A stretch of 32,000 bases of DNA from an uncultured archaeon (GCA_964586355.1 CAZPGO010000043.1:1-32000); one strand, 5' to 3'; shown: positions 15,227 through 24,954, counted from the stretch's first letter. Translations and numbers: made by a program. The notes: generated by a model from the sequence alone, not told the origin.

Positions 15227-17203
15227 TTAATTTCTGTTATTATAACCAGTATATAATTCTTCTAGGGTATTTACATTTGTGTTATTTGGATAAAGTACTC
15301 TAGATACAGAAGTTTTACAATCACAAAGTCCTTGTTTACAACAGTTATAAAGTGGTCTTAATTTTTCATACTCTTTATTATTTGGATTACATAGTTTATC
15401 ATAAACTACAAAACTATTATCTAGGTCCTTAAACTCACAATAATACCCATCAAAACAACTATAACATTTTTTTGTGCTTACCCAATATAGAATATTATTT
15501 TTTTCTATTGTTTTATATTCTTCTTCTGAAAATAATGTAATTCTGTCTTGTAAGATTCCTTGTTGAAAGGTCAAATACTCATCTAGATTTTCTAGCCCTA
15601 CTTTTTTTCCTACCATATGTAGAATTTGATCTCTAGAAGATATGTTTCCTAAATATAATGCTGCATGAGTATATTGTCTATCTCGTCCTACCATATCTTT
15701 TTTTTTTACAAGTTCTAAATTGTTTATGGAATTATCATTTAGTCTATAAAGATAATCACTTGTTGGAATATAGATTCCTAAGATCACTCCAGGAATTAAG
15801 GTTAATGGCAAATTACTTTCTTTTTCCCAAATTACTTTGTTTTCATATATTAGATCCCAAGCATTTGCTTTTATGTAGTTAAGACCAAAAATATTTCTTG
15901 CAGTATCTACTGCAACTTTTGAGCATAAAAAGGGTCTTGGGAGATATAAGCCATTACAGTTTTTATTTGTTTGATCTATTACACAATTATATTTTAAAAT
16001 ATCTGAATTAGAGAGTCTTTTTTCAGGGACTATAATGGTTTTTGTTTCTGGTAATGGACACATTTGTAATAAAAAATTATTATCATTTGGATATACGGTT
16101 ATAGAAACAGAACCACCTAATCCTGGTTTTTCTAAATCTCCAACAGTTTCTGCTAATAATGATGGATCGTATTCTCCAGATAAGCATCTCATTCTATATG
16201 TGGATTTATAATAGGTTGTGTAATTTGCTATAATTTTGTCTTTTAAAGTTGTATTATTATATCTTTGTGTGCTCAAAACCTCTTTTAAAACAAGATATTT
16301 TGCCATCTTTACTGCAATTTGTAGATCTGCATTATTACTTACTTTTTCATCATAGTTTGTTATTCCAAATCTAAATCTTATTGGCATAGAGGTATATTTG
16401 TATGAAAAACAAGTAGCATAAAAAAGGTCTACAGAGTCATGATGTGTTTGAAGCAAATTATACCAATTTGAAATAATTCTATTTAGCTCAAATGGTTTGT
16501 TTGAGTTTGCTGATTCTGATTCAATAACTTTAATTATATTTTTATATAAAACTGCTCCCATAAGAGCACTAGCATAGGGATTTCTGTTTTCTTTTATTTC
16601 GTTTGCTAGTTGCCTATATTCAGAATCTGAGTCTATAATGTTATTTTTGCCTCCAAATGTGGATCCATATCTGTTTCTTTGTATATCTTCATTTATGGTT
16701 AAAAGATCTGTTTCTTTAAAGATAGATTCTAAGTATTTTGTATTTCTGAGTTTAGATTCTTTAGAAAGAACAATATCATTATACCAAACAGGACCTATTT
16801 GACCAATACCTTTAAACAAATTATCAGAACTTATAAGACCTATTCTTTGATTTTTATTTTTCCAAGCAGAGCACCCAGATTCTGCTGACATCATTGCAAA
16901 GTATTGAACGGTTTCTTCTTCTGTAAATTTTAAAGTGTTTGCAATAGTAAAAACTATTCTTAAAAAATCATCTTGACAGTTTTGATAATCACCAACCGCT
17001 TTATCTATCTGCCCACTAATCATTTCTTTTAGTGCTGTTTTTCTTGAAGGTCTTAGATCAAAATCATCAAGATAATTATCAATTACAAGCTCATAATCTT
17101 GCTCTGTGTTTTGTCTATTCGGCTCATTTGGTAAAGATGCATTTATATTAACACTAAACAAAAGCAAAAATAGTAAAGGTATTATGTATTTTTTAAAGAT
17201 CAT
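15227..17203 (-). CDS. Secreted multidomain protein: SLT-like lysozyme motif, Cys/His papain-like (NlpC/P60-like) domain and Cys-rich tail
   Basis: Signal peptide MIFKKYIIPLLFLLLFSVNINA. FAMMSAESGCS...FKGIGQIGPVWYNDI resembles the lytic transglycosylase E-S...GLMQ motifs. Residues ~420-545 (FLCSKVAVD...YTHAALYLGN) are paralogous to the next gene. Eight Cys lie in residues 580-629. The CDS itself is solid; the domain calls are by eye. Confidence 0.65.
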   Translation of the reverse strand: MIFKKYIIPLLFLLLFSVNINASLPNEPNRQNTEQDYELVIDNYLDDFDLRPSRKTALKEMISGQIDKAVGDYQNCQDDFLRIVFTIANTLKFTEEETVQYFAMMSAESGCSAWKNKNQRIGLISSDNLFKGIGQIGPVWYNDIVLSKESKLRNTKYLESIFKETDLLTINEDIQRNRYGSTFGGKNNIIDSDSEYRQLANEIKENRNPYASALMGAVLYKNIIKVIESESANSNKPFELNRIISNWYNLLQTHHDSVDLFYATCFSYKYTSMPIRFRFGITNYDEKVSNNADLQIAVKMAKYLVLKEVLSTQRYNNTTLKDKIIANYTTYYKSTYRMRCLSGEYDPSLLAETVGDLEKPGLGGSVSITVYPNDNNFLLQMCPLPETKTIIVPEKRLSNSDILKYNCVIDQTNKNCNGLYLPRPFLCSKVAVDTARNIFGLNYIKANAWDLIYENKVIWEKESNLPLTLIPGVILGIYIPTSDYLYRLNDNSINNLELVKKKDMVGRDRQYTHAALYLGNISSRDQILHMVGKKVGLENLDEYLTFQQGILQDRITLFSEEEYKTIEKNNILYWVSTKKCYSCFDGYYCEFKDLDNSFVVYDKLCNPNNKEYEKLRPLYNCCKQGLCDCKTSVSRVLYPNNTNVNTLEELYTGYNNRN

Positions 17204-17259
17204 ATTTTTTTCACAATTATAGTATAAATAAAATATAGCTTACAAAATAAATATATATA

Positions 17260-18021
17260 CTACTTTCTTGGTAAAATGATCTCAATTAACTCGTTTTCTT
17301 CCAAATATTTATTTATTTCAAAGATCTGCACTTTTTCTTTTTCTAGGCTTATAACAGATTGGTTATTATCTATTTTTCCTACATATAAAACAACATGTGT
17401 ATAATCATATTCTGATAGATTTAAAAGATTTAAAAAATCTTTATTTTCTTTTGTTTTTATTCCTAAGATAGATCCTTCTGGTATTTGTGAATTATCTATT
17501 TTATTGTCTTTATATTTATTCCAAACAACAATATTATTTTCTTTTGTATTTAAAAGCCAAGCATGGTCTAAATCATAATTGATATTATAAACTTTTTCTG
17601 CAAGAATTACTACTAGTTGTGCACAATAGTTGTTTTTTTTTATATAAACTCCTTGACAGATTTCTCCAACTTTACATTCTCCAATTGCTTTTATAATTTC
17701 TTCTGAAAGTATTCTTTCTGGAATCACCACATTTTCTTTTTTAAGATTTCTTTCAAAACTATTAAAAAAATGTAAAAAATCATAATCTATTATTGTTGGT
17801 ATTTTTGAAAGTATTTTTTGAGAAACAGTAAACAAATCTAAAATAATCTGTTTATCTTCTTCTATTTCTATTTGTTCTGATTCTACTTCTTGTGCATAGC
17901 AATTACTTAAAAACAGAATTACAATTAATAAGAGTAATATTTTTTTCACTAATTTTCTACCTTTTTTGTATTTTCTAAAGATTTTAGTTCTAAAATGTTT
18001 ATAAATTGATTTTTTATACAA
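17260..18021 (-). CDS. Secreted or membrane-anchored Cys/His papain-like (NlpC/P60-like) protein, paralogue of the C-terminal half of 15227-17203
   Basis: NYCAQLVVILAEKVYNINYDLDHAW...IPEGSILGI...YDYTHVVLYVGK aligns with FLCSKVAVDTARNIFGLNYIKANAW...IPGVILGI...RQYTHAALYLGN. The track start at 18021 is TTG. An alternative GTG at 17947-17949, preceded by AGGTAG, would give a classical signal peptide (M)KKILLLLIVILFLSNCYA and leave a 113-bp divergent promoter region with cysS. Confidence 0.62.
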   Translation of the reverse strand: MYKKSIYKHFRTKIFRKYKKGRKLVKKILLLLIVILFLSNCYAQEVESEQIEIEEDKQIILDLFTVSQKILSKIPTIIDYDFLHFFNSFERNLKKENVVIPERILSEEIIKAIGECKVGEICQGVYIKKNNYCAQLVVILAEKVYNINYDLDHAWLLNTKENNIVVWNKYKDNKIDNSQIPEGSILGIKTKENKDFLNLLNLSEYDYTHVVLYVGKIDNNQSVISLEKEKVQIFEINKYLEENELIEIILPRK

Positions 18022-18062
18022 ACCACTAATATTTTAATATTGTTCTAATCAATAAATATATT

Positions 18063-19502
18063 ATGAGCATAAAACTATATAACACAAAAACAAAAAAAAA
18101 AGAAATATTTAAATCACACAAGCCAAATTTACTTAAAATATATGTTTGTGGGGTTACTATTTATGATGATGTTCATATTGGTCATGCTTTCTCTTATATT
18201 AATTATGACATTTTAATTAATTATTTTAAATATTTTTTAGGGTATGAAATATTATATGTAAGAAACATAACAGATGTTGGTCATTTAACAGATGATGGAG
18301 ATTCTGGTGATGACAAAATTGAAAAGCGTGCTCAACTTAGAAAAATTCATCCTATGGAGCTAGTTTATATATATAGCCACAGAATGTGGAAATGTTTTGA
18401 TGCTCTTAAATTATCTAGACCTAATCTTGAACCAACAGCTTCAAGTCACATACTAGAAATGCAAGAATGGATTAAAAAAATGCTAGGGAATGGCTTTGCT
18501 TATGAAGTTAATGGAAATGTTTATTATGATATTTCAAAGTTTAAGGATTATGGAAAATTTGCAAACAAAAAAATTGAGGATTTAGAAAAGAACACAAGAT
18601 TTGAAAATGATTCTAATAAAAAAAACATTCAAGATTTTGCTTTATGGATAAAAGCAGAACCAAAGCACATATTAAAATGGCCCTCTCCTTGGAGTGTTGG
18701 GTATCCAGGGTGGCATCTTGAGTGTTCTGTGATGGGCACTAAATATTTAGGAGAAAAGTTTGATATACATGGTGGAGGAATAGAACATGTCTTTCCACAC
18801 CACCAAAACGAGATTGCTCAAAATTATGGATTTTACCAACACGATGTTGTAAAATATTGGGTACATAGTGCAATGCTAATGGTTAATGGTAAAAAAATGG
18901 GCAAGTCTTTAGGAAATTTCATCACAATAGAGGATTTTCTTAAAAAACATTCTGCTGAAAGTTTAAGATATTTGTTTAGTACTGGCCATTATAGAAAGCC
19001 TCAAAACTATACTGAGCAAGCTATCTCTGATTCAGAAAATGCTATTGAGCGAATTAATAAATTTATAAAAAGATTACAGAAAATAAATAACAGCAACGAA
19101 AGTAACTTTGGAAAAGAAATAATTGAGACTACATTAGAAAATTTCAAAAACTCCATGAACGATGATCTAAACACCCCAAGTGCATGGGCTAGCATATGGA
19201 TGCTAGTAAAAGAAATAAATAAGATAATGGACCAAAACAACCTAACCACACAAGAAGCTAATCAAATATTAGATTTCTTACAAAAAGTTAATCTTGTGTT
19301 TAAGGTTTTTAATTTTGAAATAGAGAATAAAGATAACAGAGAAAAAATAAAAAAAGAAGAAGTTGAAGATCTTATTAAAAAAAGAAAAATTGCAAGAGAA
19401 AATAAGAATTGGGAAGAAGCTGATCTAATAAGATTAAATCTAGAAAAAAAGGGAGTAATATTAAGTGATTCTCCAACAGGAACCTCTTGGCATTATGAAT
19501 AG
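18063..19502 (+). CDS. cysS: Cysteinyl-tRNA synthetase
   Basis: Class I HIGH motif (VHIGHAFSYI), KMSKS variant (KMGKSLGN), GWHLECS and HGGGIEHVFPHHQNEIAQ. No SD is visible. TTTTAATAT about 25 nt upstream of the ATG could be a TATA box for a leaderless mRNA. Confidence 0.93.
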   Translation: MSIKLYNTKTKKKEIFKSHKPNLLKIYVCGVTIYDDVHIGHAFSYINYDILINYFKYFLGYEILYVRNITDVGHLTDDGDSGDDKIEKRAQLRKIHPMELVYIYSHRMWKCFDALKLSRPNLEPTASSHILEMQEWIKKMLGNGFAYEVNGNVYYDISKFKDYGKFANKKIEDLEKNTRFENDSNKKNIQDFALWIKAEPKHILKWPSPWSVGYPGWHLECSVMGTKYLGEKFDIHGGGIEHVFPHHQNEIAQNYGFYQHDVVKYWVHSAMLMVNGKKMGKSLGNFITIEDFLKKHSAESLRYLFSTGHYRKPQNYTEQAISDSENAIERINKFIKRLQKINNSNESNFGKEIIETTLENFKNSMNDDLNTPSAWASIWMLVKEINKIMDQNNLTTQEANQILDFLQKVNLVFKVFNFEIENKDNREKIKKEEVEDLIKKRKIARENKNWEEADLIRLNLEKKGVILSDSPTGTSWHYE

Positions 19503-19504
19503 TT

Positions 19505-19816
19505 TTATTTTTCAATCAGAACTTCTTCTGTGTTGTTTTCTTTAATTATGATAAAATCTATTTCTGTATTTTTTAATTCTTTAAAATAATATTTTGCAAG
19601 TGATTCCATGCCTTTATAATTTTTTATTAATGTAAATAGATCTTTATCTCTTATTTTAAAATTAAATTCCTCTAACTTTTTTCTTTCAAGATTAAGATCT
19701 ATATTTTTTATTCTTCCATTAATTAATTTGCCTCTAAAACCTAAACCTATGGTAAATTGTAAAGGGTGGTTTTTATGTGTAAATGTTAGTGTGGAATAAC
19801 ATATCGCTTGATTCAT
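19505..19816 (-). CDS. Hypothetical protein
   Basis: A 103-aa ORF with an ATG preceded by AGTGAT SD, lying 11 nt downstream of the 155-aa ORF. I recognise no family. Confidence 0.45.
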   Translation of the reverse strand: MNQAICYSTLTFTHKNHPLQFTIGLGFRGKLINGRIKNIDLNLERKKLEEFNFKIRDKDLFTLIKNYKGMESLAKYYFKELKNTEIDFIIIKENNTEEVLIEK

Positions 19817-19827
19817 AAAATCACTAT

Positions 19828-20295
19828 CTAAAAGGTTGGTACTTGATGATGTGTTTTACTAAATGCTATAGCAAAACAATTTTTTTCTCTTGGTTTTCTA
19901 GACTGCATAGCTAAAATATTTTCAAAAACTAAGATACCAATTGCAACTTGTGTTGGTGTATATCCTGCAAGTAGTAATTCTTCTGGTCTTGCTCTTGCTT
20001 CTGCTCCTCTAACCACAACACTTTTTACAACCCCTTCTAGAGTTTTTGTGTTTTTTAGATCTCTAAGTCTTGATGTTTTTAAGTAAGTAACAGTGCTTTT
20101 ATCTGGTGTAAAACTTTTTGCATTTGTTTTTAAGTTCTTTATCTCAGAAATTTTGCCTAAAAGTCCAGACACCCCAAAATTTTGTTCTAGTTCTATCACT
20201 TTTTTAATATTGGTAATTGCTTTTTGTGATTTCTTATTTACTGATTTTATATTTTTTTTACTAATTATTCTTTTTGCAATTGGTTTTGGTTTCAT
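19828..20295 (-). CDS. Hypothetical protein with basic N-terminus
   Basis: A 155-aa ORF with an ATG preceded by GAGAGGT SD. The N-terminal ~35 aa are K-rich. The C-terminal core is VVRGAEARARPEELLLAGYTPTQVAIGILVFENILAM. I cannot assign a family confidently. Confidence 0.5.
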   Translation of the reverse strand: MKPKPIAKRIISKKNIKSVNKKSQKAITNIKKVIELEQNFGVSGLLGKISEIKNLKTNAKSFTPDKSTVTYLKTSRLRDLKNTKTLEGVVKSVVVRGAEARARPEELLLAGYTPTQVAIGILVFENILAMQSRKPREKNCFAIAFSKTHHQVPTF

Positions 20296-20398
20296 AAAAA
20301 AACCTCTCTTATTTTTAATATATTAAATATAATAAAAACAATCATATTTAAAAAGAAATTGTTAATACTCTTTTTTTAAGAAAAAAAAAGAAAAAAAA

Positions 20399-21700
20399 TT
20401 ATGGCTTATATCTTACCATTGTTCTTGGAAAAGGGATAGCATCTTTTATACTATTTAATCCAGTAATATAAGAAATCAATCTCTCAACACCCATTCCAAA
20501 ACCTGAATGCGGAACTGATCCATATCTTCTAGTGTCTAAATAAAATTCATAGTTTTTTGGATCTTCGCCTTGTTCTTTCAATCTTTGTATGATCTTATCT
20601 ATGTCTGCTTCTCTCTCACTTGCTCCAATTATTTCTCCATAACCTTCTGGGCCTATACAATCAAAACCTAAAACTACTTTTTCATCTTTTGGGTCTTCTT
20701 TCATATAAAAGGCTTTTACTTGTTTTGGATATCTAGTAACTATTGTAAAAGTATCTACCATTTTACTTAACTTGTCTTCTTCAGTTGTTCTAAGATCTTT
20801 TCCCCATTCAATATCCATATCTTCTTTTTCTTTTAGAATCTTTAGTGCCTCAGTATAGGTCATTCTTACAAATGGTTTTGAGATTGCTGTTTCTAATACT
20901 CTATAATCTCTTTTTAAAATTTCTAGATCTTCTTTATGTTTTTCAAGAACAGATCTAATTACGTGCTTTATAAGCCCTTCTCCATGATATTGCAATTCTT
21001 CAAAATCAACCCACGCACCTTCCATCTCAGCATGCCAATATTCTGTTAAATGTCTAGAGGTTTTTGATTTTTCTGCTCTAAATGATGGTGCTATGGTGTA
21101 GATCTTACCTAAAGAAAAGATTGCTGGTTCTGCATATAGTTGCCAAGTCTGGGCTAAGAATACTCCTTCTTGTTCAAAGTAATCTACCTTAAATAATGTT
21201 GATCCTCCTTCACATTGTACTGATTGTAGAATTGGAGATTGATATTCAAAGAATCCTTCTTTACGGAAATATTCGTGTATTGCTCCAATAACTGTTGATC
21301 TAATTTTTAATATTGATGTCATTTTTCTGCTTCTAAGCCAAAGATGTCTAACATCTAAAAGAAATTCTTCTGAGAAGTCTTTTGAGATTGGATAGTTTTC
21401 TGATTTTCCAATAAGTTCTATTGATTGAAGATCTAGTTCATAACCTTGGGGAGATCTTTCTTCTTTTCTAAGTTTTCCAAAAACTTTTATTGAACTTTCT
21501 ATACCTAAGGATTTTGCTAAAGTAAAGGTATCTTCTTTTAGTTTTTCTTTTGTTGCTACTAATTGTATTATTCCTGAATGATCTCTTATGGTAATAAACA
21601 CATTATCTTTTTGTGCTCTTATTCTATACACCCACCCTCTTAAAAAAACCTCTTCTTCTTTTTTTTCTAAGATTTCTTTTATTGTTAAATATTTACTCAT
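20399..21700 (-). CDS. asnS: Class IIb aminoacyl-tRNA synthetase, asparaginyl-type (AsnRS; AspRS not excluded)
   Basis: N-terminal OB anticodon-binding domain (VFLRGWVYRIRAQKDNVFITIRD), motif 2 SFRAEKSKTSRHLTEYWHAEME, and motif 3 GSVPHSGFGMGVERL...PFPR. PHSGFG rather than PHGG favours AsnRS. I place the start at the ATG at 21698-21700, preceded by GGAAGTGA. The track start at 21709 is a GTG three codons upstream. Confidence 0.78.
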   Translation of the reverse strand: MSKYLTIKEILEKKEEEVFLRGWVYRIRAQKDNVFITIRDHSGIIQLVATKEKLKEDTFTLAKSLGIESSIKVFGKLRKEERSPQGYELDLQSIELIGKSENYPISKDFSEEFLLDVRHLWLRSRKMTSILKIRSTVIGAIHEYFRKEGFFEYQSPILQSVQCEGGSTLFKVDYFEQEGVFLAQTWQLYAEPAIFSLGKIYTIAPSFRAEKSKTSRHLTEYWHAEMEGAWVDFEELQYHGEGLIKHVIRSVLEKHKEDLEILKRDYRVLETAISKPFVRMTYTEALKILKEKEDMDIEWGKDLRTTEEDKLSKMVDTFTIVTRYPKQVKAFYMKEDPKDEKVVLGFDCIGPEGYGEIIGASEREADIDKIIQRLKEQGEDPKNYEFYLDTRRYGSVPHSGFGMGVERLISYITGLNSIKDAIPFPRTMVRYKP

Positions 21701-22036
21701 TATTTTCACTTCCTTTTTTTAAGTATTAAATATTAGTTAACAAATATATTAAAAACAATTCATTTCTCTAATAGATCTAATAATTTTAAGATCTAGAGAA
21801 AATATCTGCTAATAAAAAAAGATTTATTTGGCCTTACTGGCCATTAAAGTTAGTGATAATTATACAAAATTTTGATTTATAATAAATAGCTTCTAAAAGT
21901 GTTTTGTACATCATAAATAATTTAATAAAAGAAAAAGTATTTAAAAGCTTGTTAATTTTAGGGGTTACAAATATATTATAGAAAAAAATATTTTTTTAAA
22001 AAAGATTATGAAATAAACTTGATCAAATAAAATATA

Positions 22037-24886
22037 TTAAAAAGAAAAAAATATTTCTCTTTCAATAAGTTTTTGCTTATCTTTAGAACTCTCATCAAAA
22101 TCTTTAATTTCTAAGATTGTTGATGTTGCTTGCTCTATTGCTTCTTTATTTTTTTCTAAAAAAGATTTATCAGAACAAGAGATCTTAAGGCTTACAACTT
22201 GACTAGGGGTTAGATTATTTTTCTTTCTTTGTGCTTGTATTGCTCTAGTTAATTCACTTAGCTCCCATTCCTCTTCTAAACCTTCTGGAAGATTTAGATC
22301 TAAATATATAAAACATTCTTCAGATATTTGACTTTCTTCAAAGTTACCAGAAGGTTTTTCTTTTTCTAAAATTACTTCTTTAATATTTGCTAAGTTTGAA
22401 ATTATGTCTGTAATATTTTTATTTTGTAAATCTTCTTTTAGAACAACAACTAATTTAGGCATAATCCATCTTAGTCTTTTCTTTATTTTTTCTCTTACTG
22501 CCAAAGTTTCTTGAACAACATCTAAGGCTAACAAAAATTCTTTTTCTAAGGTTAAATTTATTAGATCTTTATTAGCTAAAGGGATATTTTCAAAATTAAT
22601 ACTCTCTTTTCTTTCTTTAAATTTTAAATAAAGATATTCTGTTAAATGTGGTACTGATGGAGCTAACATTAACAAAATTCCTGAAAAAATATGTGATAAC
22701 ACTAATGTTTTATTTTCTTTTTTTTTTATTAGTTTTATATAAGTTCTACTATAATCTTCTAAAATAAACTTTTCTAAATCCATAGTTGCTTTAGAGAAGT
22801 TACATTCTGTATAGTTTTTGTGATAATTTTCTAGTAAAACGTTATATTTAGACAAGATCCATTTATCTTCTATATCTAAGTTATCAACATTAATTTCTGC
22901 ATTGAATTTTTGATCTTGATTGCAAAGGGAAATATATGAAAAGCTGTTTTCTAAAAGGTTAAACATTCTTTTAATCTCTAAAAATTTCTTTTCATCTATT
23001 ACTACATCCATGCCATTATATTCTCTGGTTAAATAATATCTATAATAATCAATAGACAACTCACTAAATCTTTGTTCAAGTGGTCTATCATTACCTAAAG
23101 ATTTTGATAACTTTCTTTTATCAACAGATAAGACCATTCCATGAAGTGCTACTAGTTTATAAGGGGCTTTATCAAAGCTTATCGTTGAACAAATTAACTG
23201 TGAATTCCACCAGCCTCTTATTTGATCTGACCCTTCTAGATTAATATCTGGTGGCCAATATTGATTAAATAATTCTTTGTTTTTAGGATAACCAATACTT
23301 GCAAAAGAAGCAACACCAGAATCAAACCAAACATCAAAGATTTCTGGTATTCTTTTTTTTGTGCCTCCACATTCACATTTAAAAACACATTTGTCAATTT
23401 CTGGTTTATGAATATTCATATTTAGATCTAAATTCGGTATTTTTTCTCTAAGTTCTTCTAAAGATCCAAACACATCTATTTTTTTACATTTATCACATTG
23501 CCAAATAGGAATTGGAGCACCCCAATATCTGGATCTAGAGATTGGCCAATCAGAAATACATTCTAACCAATTTGCAAATCTTTCTTTTGCCCATTCTGGA
23601 TACCAGTTTACTTCTTTTTCATTTATTTCTTTTAATCTTTCTTTTAAGGATTCTGTTTTTAAAAACCATTGTGGAAGTGCAACCTGAAGTAATGGACTAA
23701 AACATCTCCAACACACAGGGTATGCATGAGTTATTGATCTTTTTGCTAAGATTTTTCCTTTTTCTTCTAAGTATTTTATAATTTCAGGATCTAGGGCTTT
23801 TACTTTTTTTCCGGTATTCCAGTTTATGGTTTTATCATACACACCTTCAATAGTTACTGGGCAATAGGCAGTAAAACCATTTTCTTTTCCTACCTGATAA
23901 TCTTCCTTACCATGCCCAGGAGCACAATGAACTAGTCCTGTTCCTTCTTCTAAATGCACATATCTTTGTGAGCCTATTACTTTATAGTGATCTTTTTTTA
24001 GCTCTTCTATGTTTTCTAACCATTCTCCTAAAACTGGTTCATACTTTTTTCCAATTAGATCTGTTCCTAAGTATTTTTCTCCTAAGGTATATTGGTCTTC
24101 CCAATTTAGTTCTTTTACTAGTTTTGAGAGTAGTTCTTCTGCTACTATATATTTGTGATTTTCATGAACTAGTTCAATATAAGTATAACTTGGATTAACC
24201 ATAATTCCTAGATTTGCAGGAAGTGTCCAAGGAGTTGTTGTCCAGATTACAAAAAAAGTATTTTCTTTGTCTAAACATTTTATTTTTACATAAATTGATG
24301 TGTCTGTTAGATTGTCATGCTCAATCTCATTAAACGAAACTGCAGTTTCACAGGTTGGGCACACATGTACTGGATATTTGTCATGGTATAATAAACCTTT
24401 TTCTACTGCTTTTTTAAACACCCACCACTCTGTTTCTATATATTTATTGTCTAGTGTTCTATATGGGTTTTTAAAATCCATCCATTGTCCAAGATTATAT
24501 ATTTCTTTGGACATGTCTTCTATATGCTCTGTTGCAAATTTCTCGCATTCTTTAGTAAATCTATCAATTCCAAATTTTTCAATATCTTCTTTGGATTTTA
24601 GATCATATGCTTTTTGTACTTTTGCTTCTATTGGCACACCATGTGTATCAAATCCAGGAATATCTAAAACAGTGTACCCAGTCATTCTTTTATATCTTAT
24701 AATTAAATCCTTTAAAATCCTGTTCATAGCAGTACCCAAATGAAGACTGCCTGAAGCATATGGTGGACCATCTATAAAATAATAAGGTTTATCTGTTTTT
24801 TTTGATCTTACACTTTCTGGGATGTTTTTTTCTTCCCAATATTTTTTTATTTCTTTTTCTGTGTTGTAGTTAAATTGTTCTGACAT
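22037..24886 (-). CDS. ileS: Isoleucyl-tRNA synthetase
   Basis: PPYASGSLHLGTAMNRILKDLIIRYKRM (HIGH region of IleRS type), a WTTTPWTLPAN editing-domain motif, Zn-knuckle Cys pairs (CPTCE, CWRC), and KMSKS as KLSKSLGN. Confidence 0.92.
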   Translation of the reverse strand: MSEQFNYNTEKEIKKYWEEKNIPESVRSKKTDKPYYFIDGPPYASGSLHLGTAMNRILKDLIIRYKRMTGYTVLDIPGFDTHGVPIEAKVQKAYDLKSKEDIEKFGIDRFTKECEKFATEHIEDMSKEIYNLGQWMDFKNPYRTLDNKYIETEWWVFKKAVEKGLLYHDKYPVHVCPTCETAVSFNEIEHDNLTDTSIYVKIKCLDKENTFFVIWTTTPWTLPANLGIMVNPSYTYIELVHENHKYIVAEELLSKLVKELNWEDQYTLGEKYLGTDLIGKKYEPVLGEWLENIEELKKDHYKVIGSQRYVHLEEGTGLVHCAPGHGKEDYQVGKENGFTAYCPVTIEGVYDKTINWNTGKKVKALDPEIIKYLEEKGKILAKRSITHAYPVCWRCFSPLLQVALPQWFLKTESLKERLKEINEKEVNWYPEWAKERFANWLECISDWPISRSRYWGAPIPIWQCDKCKKIDVFGSLEELREKIPNLDLNMNIHKPEIDKCVFKCECGGTKKRIPEIFDVWFDSGVASFASIGYPKNKELFNQYWPPDINLEGSDQIRGWWNSQLICSTISFDKAPYKLVALHGMVLSVDKRKLSKSLGNDRPLEQRFSELSIDYYRYYLTREYNGMDVVIDEKKFLEIKRMFNLLENSFSYISLCNQDQKFNAEINVDNLDIEDKWILSKYNVLLENYHKNYTECNFSKATMDLEKFILEDYSRTYIKLIKKKENKTLVLSHIFSGILLMLAPSVPHLTEYLYLKFKERKESINFENIPLANKDLINLTLEKEFLLALDVVQETLAVREKIKKRLRWIMPKLVVVLKEDLQNKNITDIISNLANIKEVILEKEKPSGNFEESQISEECFIYLDLNLPEGLEEEWELSELTRAIQAQRKKNNLTPSQVVSLKISCSDKSFLEKNKEAIEQATSTILEIKDFDESSKDKQKLIEREIFFSF

Positions 24887-24954
24887 ATATAACCATATTT
24901 TCTTTATATTATATATTATATAAATAGAAAAAGAATAAAAATAAGTTTGTTTTA

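Noticed and set aside
21772-21795. 7-bp inverted repeat TAGATCT...AGATCTA in the same spacer.
   Set aside because: It is short and AT-rich, and such repeats are expected by chance in this composition.
21829-21843. G+C-rich hairpin TGGCC-TTACT-GGCCA in the 327-bp ileS/asnS spacer, considered as a possible small ncRNA or terminator.
   Set aside because: It has only a 5-bp stem, no flanking C/D-box or H/ACA-like motifs, and no extended structure. That is insufficient evidence.
24300-24743. 147-aa plus-strand ORF antisense to ileS.
   Set aside because: The same reasoning applies: it is a shadow ORF opposite a conserved catalytic-domain segment, with no SD.
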